Positions 10,759-19,037 of a DNA stretch of 64,000 nt are shown here, piece after piece. The translations under genes were made by a program, and so were the position numbers. The first letter of the stretch is position 1, and every line of letters starts with the position of its first letter. Source of the DNA: Deltaproteobacteria bacterium (GTDB lineage Bacteria; Desulfobacterota; Binatia; UBA9968); the NCBI GenBank assembly GCA_016210115.1, contig JACQUW010000216.1, positions 164 through 64,163 on the forward strand. The letters run 5' to 3'. The notes under the pieces were generated by a model. It saw only the letters and a list, made by a program, of their open reading frames with translations. It was not told the DNA's origin and searched no databases.

Positions 10759-10774
10759 TGGCACACCCATTGCT
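10759..10774 (+). promoter_or_regulatory. Sigma-54 (-24/-12) promoter TGGCAC-N5-TTGC
   Basis: TGGCAC at 10759-10764, spacer ACCCA, then TTGCT at 10770-10774. About 55 nt upstream of the PEP-CTERM gene ATG (10828), which has SD AGGAGG at 10816-10821. Confidence 0.65.
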
Positions 10775-10827
10775 GTCTTATATCAATGCTTGTCTGTCTT
10801 GTCACTTATTGTCTTAGGAGGGGTGTT

Positions 10828-11481
10828 ATGAGAAAAGCTTTCGCTATTTTTTGGGTTCTCCTACTACTGGGGTTCCTGTCCTCTCAAGCGCAAGCAATTA
10901 TTTTCGACCTGGATTGTATCATTGTAGGCGGAAACGGGTGCACGCCGTCCCCGTCCTTTGGCTTCATCCAGCTTACCGATGACGGAAATAAGGTTGATGT
11001 TTCCGTAACTCTGTTTGGTCCCGGCGGTGACGGCGTGAATCCTCGAAAGATCAACGAAATCCAGCTGAATTACGACGACGCACTTTTTAGTGACGCTTCG
11101 GCATTTAGCACGACCTCAGGCACGCCGGTAGATGTCAAGGAAAATGATACAAAAGCGGATGGGTATGCTCTCGGAAGATTGGATCTTAGCTGGAAGCCAA
11201 CTGCTTTTTCAGTCTACAATGATGAGTTACTTCTAGACGCCGGGGGGACCAATCTCGATCCTGCCCACTTCCTCTTCAAGGACACCGCCAACCTCATTTT
11301 TGCCGCAGTTCATATAGGAAATTTTCCGAGTACAGCGGGCTCGATCTGGGTAGGATCGTTAAATGAAGTTGCGGTTCCTCCGGTCGAGGTGGTAATTCCA
11401 GAGCCCTCTACGATGATTCTCTTGGGGTCCGGATTGCTGATGGCGGCTGCGGCAGGGAGAAGAAAATTTCGCAAGAAGTAA
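10828..11481 (+). CDS. PEP-CTERM sorting-domain secreted protein
   Basis: Signal peptide MRKAFAIFWVLLLLGFLSSQAQA. The C-terminus VIPEPSTMILLGSGLLMAAAAGRRKFRKK shows PEP, a TM helix and a basic cluster. Start chosen at the SD-preceded ATG. Confidence 0.85.
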   Translation: MRKAFAIFWVLLLLGFLSSQAQAIIFDLDCIIVGGNGCTPSPSFGFIQLTDDGNKVDVSVTLFGPGGDGVNPRKINEIQLNYDDALFSDASAFSTTSGTPVDVKENDTKADGYALGRLDLSWKPTAFSVYNDELLLDAGGTNLDPAHFLFKDTANLIFAAVHIGNFPSTAGSIWVGSLNEVAVPPVEVVIPEPSTMILLGSGLLMAAAAGRRKFRKK

Positions 11482-12022
11482 CACGGTTCCATTGATCTAG
11501 CCACGCGCCGCAAGACGCGCCCATCGTTTCAGTCTCCTTTTCTCAATCCCTGCGGACCTCGATTCGGAATTCTCCCGGAGCCGAGGTTCGCAGGGATTTT
11601 CTGTTGCGTAGATTCCTTGTTTTTCGCCCAACCCTTTTGGGTAGCTGGCAAATCTTACGAGAAACCCTCCCTACTTCTTCTTTTTTAAACTCCCCAGCGT
11701 TTTCAAAATCTGGAAAATTGGCCGTACTTTGACAGATTCTGAGAACGTCTTTTCCTGCTCTAATAAGCAGTAAATCCAAGGCCCATTGATAAAGCAACAG
11801 ATTTGGTTCTTCGGTTTCGTCTGTGACATTGGCATATTCCTTGCTGCCCTGCGCAAGAAAATCTATTTCATTCAAGTCCAAGGCTCCTCTCCGATAAAGG
11901 CAAACCTGTGGTGACACAGGGACGCAAAGCTACGGATCAGCGAAGCTGACAGCCGGGTCGCCGAAGAGAGCGGGCGCAATTCTCGCGGGTAGTGGGGTCT
12001 CGGGCGAAAGGAAAAGAGTCCT

Positions 12023-13786
12023 ATGCTCAAGACCCCATCTCTTTCGTGTATTTCCCACACAGTAATCGGTCCTTTCTATGCAGGATTTATTGCTGTCCTC
12101 ATCCTTCTTTCAGTAAGCTCAGTAACGACTTTTGCCCAAGGAGAATGGGTTCCTGACGAGTTGCTTGTCGGTTTTCGCGGCGGTATCTCTGCCGAACAGG
12201 CGGAGAATGTCTACCGCGCCCACGGCGCTAATAAGATTGAGGAGATCCGCCGGATAAACGTGCATCGAATCAAGGTGCCGGCCCACGCCCTTGATGCTAT
12301 TGAACATTCGCTTTCGCGCCGGCCCGAAATTAAATTTGTGGAGCGGAACCGCCGCGTGGCCCCTGACCAGCTCCCTAACGATCCTTCTTATCCGAACCAG
12401 TGGCACCTGCCGAAGATTGACGCGGATCTGGCCTGGGAATTTTCTGAAGGTCTGCCTGAAGTTGTTATCGCTATTCTGGACAGCGGGGTGGACCCTGCGC
12501 ATCCAGATCTGGCTGCCAAGCTCGTTTCTGGTTTCAATTTCTATAATTACAATACAGATACAACGGATGGTTACGGGCATGGCACGAAGGTGGCAGGCGC
12601 CGCGGCCGCCATCGGAAATAATGGAACTGGTGTTGCTTCTGTGGCCTGGCGCAATTCCATCATGCCCATCCGCGTGACTGACACCGCAGGCTACGGATAC
12701 TACTCGACAATCGCCAATGGACTCACGTACGCGGTAGATCACGGGGCGAAGGTTATGAACGTGAGCTTCGCCGCGGTTGCCGGGAGTGGAACGATTCAAA
12801 GCGCTGCACAATACGTTATGAATCACGGTGGATTGGTAGTCGCAGCCGCGGGCAACTGTGGATGTTTCGATTCGACGGCCGAGAATCCATACATCCTGTC
12901 AGTCTCTGGCACTGATCAGTATGACAATCTCGCGTCGTGGTCCAGTCGTGGAACTTACGTGGACCTCTCGGCGCCCGGCGTGAGCATCTATACGACGACT
13001 AATGGAGGAGGCTACGCCGCCGTGTCTGGCACCTCTTTTTCCAGCCCGATTACTGCCGGGGTTGTCGCACTGATGATTTCCGTCAATCCTGGCTTATCTC
13101 CGGCTCAAATAGAGAGTCTCCTGGAGTCGAATGCGGACGATTTTGGCGCAGCCGGCTACGACACGCTATACGGGTTCGGCCGGGTGAACGCGCACCGCGC
13201 CGTGGCGGCTGCCGCTAGCACCAATCCCCTGCCTGACACCATGCCTCCCTCTGCGAGTATTACAGCTCCCGCTAACGGAGCCACAGTCAACGGAATAGTA
13301 CAGGTGGCCGTCTCGGCTAGCGATGATACGGGGGTTAGCCGCGTGGACCTATACCTCGATGGGAATCTCCATAGCTCCGATAATACCGCGCCCTACAGCT
13401 TCTTTTGGGATACAACTCTGGTCAACGATGGCTCTCACAGTCTAGTTGCGAGGGCCGTCGATGCAGGCGGTAACGTCGGGACATCTGCAACCGTTTCGGT
13501 CTCTGTGAATAACGCGCCGGACAGCATCTCCCCCACGGTGAATATCTCGGCTGTGGGAGTGAGCCGACATAAGCTGACTGTAAACGTGTCGGCAACGGAT
13601 AACGTTGGCGTGACAAAGGTTGAGCTATACGTTGACGATCAGCTCAAGGCAACTGATACATCAAATCCCTACAGCTTCAGTCTAAACGTCAAGAGTATTT
13701 CCAACGGGACGCATACTCTGCAGGCCAGAGCTTATGACGCAGCCGGGAATGTAGGCATCTCTTCTCCAGTCCCCTTTTCAAAGTAG
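12023..13786 (+). CDS. Secreted S8 (subtilisin-family) serine protease with two C-terminal Ig-like repeats
   Basis: Catalytic triad motifs AILDSGVD, GHGTKVAG and SGTSFSSP. N-terminal signal/TM segment and an I9-like propeptide. Tandem ~90-aa repeats at the C-terminus. Confidence 0.9.
   Translation: MLKTPSLSCISHTVIGPFYAGFIAVLILLSVSSVTTFAQGEWVPDELLVGFRGGISAEQAENVYRAHGANKIEEIRRINVHRIKVPAHALDAIEHSLSRRPEIKFVERNRRVAPDQLPNDPSYPNQWHLPKIDADLAWEFSEGLPEVVIAILDSGVDPAHPDLAAKLVSGFNFYNYNTDTTDGYGHGTKVAGAAAAIGNNGTGVASVAWRNSIMPIRVTDTAGYGYYSTIANGLTYAVDHGAKVMNVSFAAVAGSGTIQSAAQYVMNHGGLVVAAAGNCGCFDSTAENPYILSVSGTDQYDNLASWSSRGTYVDLSAPGVSIYTTTNGGGYAAVSGTSFSSPITAGVVALMISVNPGLSPAQIESLLESNADDFGAAGYDTLYGFGRVNAHRAVAAAASTNPLPDTMPPSASITAPANGATVNGIVQVAVSASDDTGVSRVDLYLDGNLHSSDNTAPYSFFWDTTLVNDGSHSLVARAVDAGGNVGTSATVSVSVNNAPDSISPTVNISAVGVSRHKLTVNVSATDNVGVTKVELYVDDQLKATDTSNPYSFSLNVKSISNGTHTLQARAYDAAGNVGISSPVPFSK
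13244..13783 (+). repeat. Two tandem ~90-aa Ig-like domain repeats inside the S8 protease
   Basis: Repeat 1 is ...VAVSASDDTGVSRVDLYLDGNLHSSDNTAPYSFFWDT...GSHSLVARAVDAGGNVG. Repeat 2 is ...VNVSATDNVGVTKVELYVDDQLKATDTSNPYSFSLNV...GTHTLQARAYDAAGNVG. Confidence 0.8.
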
Positions 13787-13806
13787 GGATTGATTACGGA
13801 TCCCAA

Positions 13807-13841
13807 GGGCAGCGCGGCAGGAACCCCTTGCCGCGCTGCCC
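13807..13841 (+). terminator. Strong GC hairpin after the S8 protease gene
   Basis: GGGCAGCGCGGCA-(9 nt)-TGCCGCGCTGCCC, a perfect 13-bp stem starting 21 nt after the stop. There is no clean U-tract, so factor-independent termination is uncertain. Confidence 0.45.
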
Positions 13842-14094
13842 GGCTTCCTTCTTCCGCCCTTTAGGAAAATCTTTCGGAGTCTTGTCTGGTTCGTTATTCC
13901 CGTCTGGCTCGCGGCGATCTTTATAGTACTTATAGTACTTGGCCGGCGTATGCGGGACCTGCGGGGACAGTGGCTCGCTCAGAAGATCTAGTTGCACTGG
14001 CCGTGATCGGACGCTGGAGCAGGCTTCTTATTCTACTGGATGCCCCTGCACGCATCGATCCACTTGACCATCATGAGAAATCGGATAGAAGTGA

Positions 14095-17088
14095 ATGTGG
14101 ATTCACTTAATGCCACCCAAACTTAGCCTCCAAGTTCTGTACCTGGCATTCACCCTTTCCGGATTTTCCGGACTCATCTACGAATCCATCTGGAGCCGCT
14201 ACCTTGGGCTTCTTCTTGGACACGCGGCATATGCCCAAACACTTGTTCTGGCAATCTTTATGGGCGGTATGGCCGTGGGCTCCTGGGTATGCGGTCGATG
14301 GTCCGTCGGTTGGAGTAATCTGCTCCGGTCGTACGCACTGATCGAAGCCGTAATCGGGTTGCTGGCCCTGCTGTTTCATCAAGCTTTCAGGAGTTTCCTC
14401 TCTTTCTTTTTTGACTCGATCACTCCCTTTACTGGTTCCGTGGCCATCGTCACCGCAATTAAGTGGGGATCAGCGGCGCTTCTGATCTTGCCTCAGTCCA
14501 TCCTGTTGGGGATGACATTCCCGTTGATGAGTGGCGGGGTCATGCGGCGTTACCCCGATCGCCCAGGCGGCACGCTGGCGACGCTTTACTTCTGCAACAG
14601 CATCGGTGGTGTGGTTGGAGTTCTGGTCAGCGGTTTCATACTCATACGCTTATTGGGCCTTCCTGGGACCGTCCAGAGCGCCGGCGCGATTAATGTCGCC
14701 CTGGCGGTTATTGTTTGGTTCTTGGCCCGGGCGCCTGAACGCGCGCTCACCCTCACAAAGGCTGAGCAGCAAAAGAACAATGAAAACCGCCTCCGTTCCG
14801 CGCTTCTGTTGCTCGTTGCCATGCTGACAGGGACAGCATCTTTCATTTACGAGATTGGCTGGATTCGCATGCTGAGCATGGTGCTAGGAAGTTCGACTCA
14901 CTCCTTTGAGATTATGCTGAGCGCTTTCATCCTTGGACTCGCGCTCGGGGGGTTATGGATTCGCAGTAGGATAGACACGATCCCGGATCCAGTCCGCTTC
15001 TTGGCATGGGTGCAGGTTATCATGGGGATACTGGCCCTCTCGACGCTCGCGATCTACGGCAGCACATTCAATGTCATGCAATGGCTCATCAAGGCATTGC
15101 CCATTACAAACTTAGGGTACCTGTGGTTTACTCTTTCGAGCCACGGCATTGCCATGGCTGTGATGTTGCCCACGACATTCTGTGCCGGAATGACCCTACC
15201 AGTTATCACCTATGTCTTACTGCGAAAAGGCTTCGGTGAGAGCAGCATCGGAATGGTGTACAGCGCCAATACGGTCGGCGCCATTGTCGGGGTCTTTTTC
15301 GCCGTGCATTTTGGCATGCCGATTCTGGGGTTGCGGAATTTGATCGTAGCGGGCGCGTCCACGGACATTGCGTTGGGACTATTGCTGTTCGCAATGCTTC
15401 ACCGCGCTGGCGGTTGGCAGCTTCCATTTATTCCTTCGGCGGCAGGTATCATCGCTATTGTGATTACGGTGGCATCGGTACAACTCGACGCTTACCGTAT
15501 GGCGTCGGGCGTTTTTCGGCGCGTCCAACGGCGTCTTGATTCCGGCAGCGGCGATCTCGTTCTCTCTCATACCGATGGCAAGACCGCTACCGTCGACATG
15601 GTGTGGCAGGGGACCGGTCTATCTATACGGACCAATGGCAAAATCGACGCTTCGATCAATAGGGATCCCGGCGGCCCGCCGACGGCGGACGAGGGAACTA
15701 TGGTTTTGTCTGGGGCGCTACCCATCCTCCTGCATCCGGAGGCTAAGACAGCGGCTAACATCGGAATCGGCTCGGGTCTCACGAGCCAAATCCTCCTCAC
15801 AACAAAGGTGCTGCGGCAGGTTGATACAGTGGAGATCGAACCGGTGATGGTGTCGGCAGCAAGAGATTTCCGTCCACGCAACGAGCTGGTTTTCAGTGAC
15901 CCGCGCAGCCGAGTGTATATCGAAGACGCCAAGACCTTTTTTTCAACATACCAAAGAAAATACGACATCGTTGTGTCGGAGCCCTCAAACCCCTGGGTAA
16001 GCGGAGTTGCTGGCCTGTTTTCCAGCGAGTTCTATGAGCTTATCTCGCGGCACTTGAACGAGGACGGAGTGCTGGTGCAGTGGCTGCAGATCTACGAGAT
16101 CGATCTCCCACTGGTGGCTTCAGTACTAAAAGCGCTCTCTCCACGCTTTGTCGATTATCAGGTGTACGCGGCAAACGCCGGGGATATTCTCATCGTCGCA
16201 AAAAAGGGAGGAGGCGTGCCTCGTCCGGATAGCAGAATCCTCAAAGATAATCCCAAACTCGCGGCGGAACTTCGAAGAGTCGGAATCGCCGGTATTCAAG
16301 ACCTTGAGATTAGAAAAATTGGCAGTAAGCGACTGCTAGAACACTGGCTGGCTTCCTTGTCCGTTCCAGCCAACTCTGATTATTATCCGAGACTGGACGT
16401 GGATGCCGAGCGCACGCGGTTTCTCGAGTCGAATGCCCATACGTTGTTGTTCCTCAGGCAAGTTCCCCTGCCGGTTCTGGACATGTTTGAGGGATCCGGC
16501 AGCTCGGAAACTCCAACAAAATTCACAGCGAATGCAGCGCTTGGTTTCACGCGGCGCGCGTTCGCCGCAACACTGATCCGTGATCACCTGTTGGGTCGCG
16601 TCACGCCGGAAGCACTGGCTGCTGTCTCGGATATTCAGAGGGAAGTACGCAAGGTCTTAGACGAATGTACGCTTCGGCCGGTTGTCAACAAGACACGCAC
16701 GCTTTTCAGGTTTGGACTGAACGTAATTCCTTACCTTCAGCCAGTCGAGACGGATGCGTTGTGGCGGCGGCTCGGCAGCCTCCCATGTGCATCAGACCTG
16801 CGAGAAGAAGAGCAGCGCTGGCTCAACCTCTTCATGGCTGTGGGCAGACGGGATGCTCCTGCGATGGGCCGAGTCGCGGACGATTTACTCGACCGCGGCG
16901 TGCCGCCGGAATTTACAGTGTACCTTGTTACCACTTCCATGCTGGCTCATCGCGTCCAGGGGAACTATTCCCGGGTACATGAGCTATGGCGCGGGTATCG
17001 GGACAGGCAATTCGGTGCTGACTGGTTGCTTCTGCTGGATATTCTTGCTGCCGGGGCAGCGCCGCAGTCTCGTTCCACTGCCCATTGA
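14095..17088 (+). CDS. Polytopic membrane domain fused to a spermidine-synthase-like (class I MTase-fold) domain plus a C-terminal extension
   Basis: 997 aa. About 480 aa of successive hydrophobic helices, then the SAM/dcSAM-type fold AANIGIGSGLTSQ ... VEIEP ... YDIVVSEPSNPWVSGVAGLFSSEFYE ... GVLVQW, then about 250 aa with no motif I recognise. Confidence 0.75.
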   Translation: MWIHLMPPKLSLQVLYLAFTLSGFSGLIYESIWSRYLGLLLGHAAYAQTLVLAIFMGGMAVGSWVCGRWSVGWSNLLRSYALIEAVIGLLALLFHQAFRSFLSFFFDSITPFTGSVAIVTAIKWGSAALLILPQSILLGMTFPLMSGGVMRRYPDRPGGTLATLYFCNSIGGVVGVLVSGFILIRLLGLPGTVQSAGAINVALAVIVWFLARAPERALTLTKAEQQKNNENRLRSALLLLVAMLTGTASFIYEIGWIRMLSMVLGSSTHSFEIMLSAFILGLALGGLWIRSRIDTIPDPVRFLAWVQVIMGILALSTLAIYGSTFNVMQWLIKALPITNLGYLWFTLSSHGIAMAVMLPTTFCAGMTLPVITYVLLRKGFGESSIGMVYSANTVGAIVGVFFAVHFGMPILGLRNLIVAGASTDIALGLLLFAMLHRAGGWQLPFIPSAAGIIAIVITVASVQLDAYRMASGVFRRVQRRLDSGSGDLVLSHTDGKTATVDMVWQGTGLSIRTNGKIDASINRDPGGPPTADEGTMVLSGALPILLHPEAKTAANIGIGSGLTSQILLTTKVLRQVDTVEIEPVMVSAARDFRPRNELVFSDPRSRVYIEDAKTFFSTYQRKYDIVVSEPSNPWVSGVAGLFSSEFYELISRHLNEDGVLVQWLQIYEIDLPLVASVLKALSPRFVDYQVYAANAGDILIVAKKGGGVPRPDSRILKDNPKLAAELRRVGIAGIQDLEIRKIGSKRLLEHWLASLSVPANSDYYPRLDVDAERTRFLESNAHTLLFLRQVPLPVLDMFEGSGSSETPTKFTANAALGFTRRAFAATLIRDHLLGRVTPEALAAVSDIQREVRKVLDECTLRPVVNKTRTLFRFGLNVIPYLQPVETDALWRRLGSLPCASDLREEEQRWLNLFMAVGRRDAPAMGRVADDLLDRGVPPEFTVYLVTTSMLAHRVQGNYSRVHELWRGYRDRQFGADWLLLLDILAAGAAPQSRSTAH

Positions 17089-17174
17089 CCGTGTCCAGGA
17101 TCAGGAAGCACATGGCGATCGTTGCCGCTGCGTCATTTTTATGCGCTCAGGTTGAACGCGGGTAAACAACGGAA

Positions 17175-18344
17175 TCAAGCTCGCGGCTTTTCGGGAACCG
17201 TGGCGATCAAACCTCCATAGATCACAAGCGGCACGGAAGAGGTGAGAATCATCGAAAGAACCATATTGCCGGTGCCGGCGATGAGCTGTGCGGCGATTAG
17301 CGGAGCGACGACTGCCGCGACGTAGTGCATGGACATGACTACGCCACTGGCAGCTCCCACAGTTTCGGCGGCAACGGAGTCCTGCGCCAGAGCGATGATC
17401 AGAGTGGGAACGGTGGCTTTCAAGGTGCCAAATATAATTAAACCGACTGCGAGAGCCTCCGGAGACGTCAGGGTGTGATACACCACGAACGCGGCGAGGG
17501 CTCCGGGAAACGCGGTCCATAAGATAACCGACTTGCGGCTGAACCGGTCCGATAGCGGACCGAAAAGAATCGCGCCGATCATCGGGGTTATTCCCCAAAC
17601 CGCCATTACCAGCCCTGTTTCGCTGACAGCCAGCTCTTTGGTCGTTCGTAGCACCGTAGGAGTCCACGACGCGGTGCTCCAAAAAACCGACCCGCCGAAG
17701 AATTCCGCCAGTGCAAGCAGGGCGACAATCCGGTTTATTTTGCGTCTCCCCGAAGGCGCCTCCCGCGCCACGGGGCGGGCGAGAGCACATTTGATCATAA
17801 TCGCCTCGAGCGTTGCGATGGTCGCGCCGATCAGACCGACAGCCAGAAACGAGGCTTTCCACCCGGCTTTGGCGATAAACCAACTGGCAACCAGCGGCCC
17901 GAGCAGCCCGCCTACGCCATAAGAGCTGGATACGAGACTTGCTGCCAGACCCCTCCTCCCCGGCAAAAGATCCGACATAAGAGCGAACAGTGATGGAGTC
18001 GTAAAGCCGTAGCCCAGGCCGGCAATGGCCAGCAGCGCAAGCATCGCCGGATAGGTGCGGCCTAAAGCCGATAGCGCGAATCCCGCAGAGAGAAAGATGA
18101 TCCCGATAACAAGAACAGCTTTACGGCCGATTCCATCGGAGAGCCTTCCCGCTACCGCGCTGGCGCCTACAGCAAGGACAAAAATAGCGGTAAAGAGACT
18201 CCCCGCTTCAATCTCGGAAAGCGAAAGCGCCCCCCGGATCTCAGGAAGAGACATGCCCAGGGTCACCACAGTCATTGAAGGTACCAGAGGCGCGAGAGAG
18301 GCAACCCCTATGGTGCGCCAATCGGGGGCGGTTTTCTTGAACAA
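17175..18344 (-). CDS. MFS transporter
   Basis: 389 aa with about 12 hydrophobic helices and an MFS loop motif GRLSDGIGRK between TM2 and TM3, repeated as GPLSDRFSRK in the second half. TTG start 6 nt after the upstream gene. Confidence 0.85.
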   Translation of the reverse strand: MFKKTAPDWRTIGVASLAPLVPSMTVVTLGMSLPEIRGALSLSEIEAGSLFTAIFVLAVGASAVAGRLSDGIGRKAVLVIGIIFLSAGFALSALGRTYPAMLALLAIAGLGYGFTTPSLFALMSDLLPGRRGLAASLVSSSYGVGGLLGPLVASWFIAKAGWKASFLAVGLIGATIATLEAIMIKCALARPVAREAPSGRRKINRIVALLALAEFFGGSVFWSTASWTPTVLRTTKELAVSETGLVMAVWGITPMIGAILFGPLSDRFSRKSVILWTAFPGALAAFVVYHTLTSPEALAVGLIIFGTLKATVPTLIIALAQDSVAAETVGAASGVVMSMHYVAAVVAPLIAAQLIAGTGNMVLSMILTSSVPLVIYGGLIATVPEKPRA

Positions 18345-18350
18345 ACGGAT

Positions 18351-18998
18351 CTAAGCCTTTTTTGTTGTTGCTTCCCGGATCATCCGCAGCACCTGTTCGG
18401 TTGTGCGCACTCGGGACATGCGCGGAAAGATTAGCTCCATTAGCAGATCATGGGCGCGCTGGTCGTGAGAGGTGGCGCAAGCGTCACTGGCAACGATGAG
18501 GTTGTAGTCCATATCCCTGCCGGAAAAGACCGTAGAGGCCACGCCTACATCGGTCGAGCCCCCTGAAATAATCAGCGTATCGATGCCGGCGGAGCGTAGC
18601 GCCAGGTCTAGATAGGTCTGATGGAACGCGCTCCAGCGGTATTTGGGGATGTAGTAGTCGTCAGGGCGCGGCTCGAGCTCCGGAATGACTTCCGAACGCC
18701 ACTCGCCGGCGACGGCCTGCATCTTCGGCTTTGCTACTTCGCCATTGGGCCAGGGCTTAAGGGGATTGTTCGTGTCGGTGAGGATCAAGGCCGTCGTTGC
18801 GTTGTCCGGGCGATGATTGCCTTTGGCAAAGAAAATCGGTAATCCAACCTCACGTCCCGCCTTCATCAGGCGCACGGCGTTATCGACCATCGGCTTCATC
18901 CGCGCTTTGCCTGCCGCATCAGCCGCGTGATAATAGCCGTTCAAAATGTCAAAAAAGAGAACAGCCGTTTTTTTGAGATCCAGGTGGTTTACGTTCAT
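18351..18998 (-). CDS. Isochorismatase-family hydrolase lacking the canonical Cys nucleophile
   Basis: 215 aa. Asp motif AVLFFDILNGY, Lys motif IPKYRWSAFHQTYL, and LIISGGSTDVGVAST where amidase-type members have T-x-x-C-V. SD GGGAGG upstream. Confidence 0.8.
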   Translation of the reverse strand: MNVNHLDLKKTAVLFFDILNGYYHAADAAGKARMKPMVDNAVRLMKAGREVGLPIFFAKGNHRPDNATTALILTDTNNPLKPWPNGEVAKPKMQAVAGEWRSEVIPELEPRPDDYYIPKYRWSAFHQTYLDLALRSAGIDTLIISGGSTDVGVASTVFSGRDMDYNLIVASDACATSHDQRAHDLLMELIFPRMSRVRTTEQVLRMIREATTKKA

Positions 18999-19037
18999 GT
19001 CTTCTACCTCCCTTGATTTGTCTGAAATCCAACTCCT

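Noticed and set aside
13794-13997. 67-aa minus-strand ORF (KYYKYYK..., Lys/Pro-rich) downstream of the subtilase gene
   Set aside because: Its 3' end runs through the 13-bp GC hairpin, and the 'KYYKYYK' comes from a 9-bp tandem duplication (TTATAGTAC x2). It has no SD and low-complexity composition, so it is probably non-coding.
17101-17883. 260-aa minus-strand ORF overlapping the MFS transporter gene in another frame
   Set aside because: It is extremely Arg/Gly/Ser-rich with no recognisable motif, and it is fully nested in a well-supported MFS gene on the same strand. This is a typical alternative-frame shadow ORF in GC-rich DNA.
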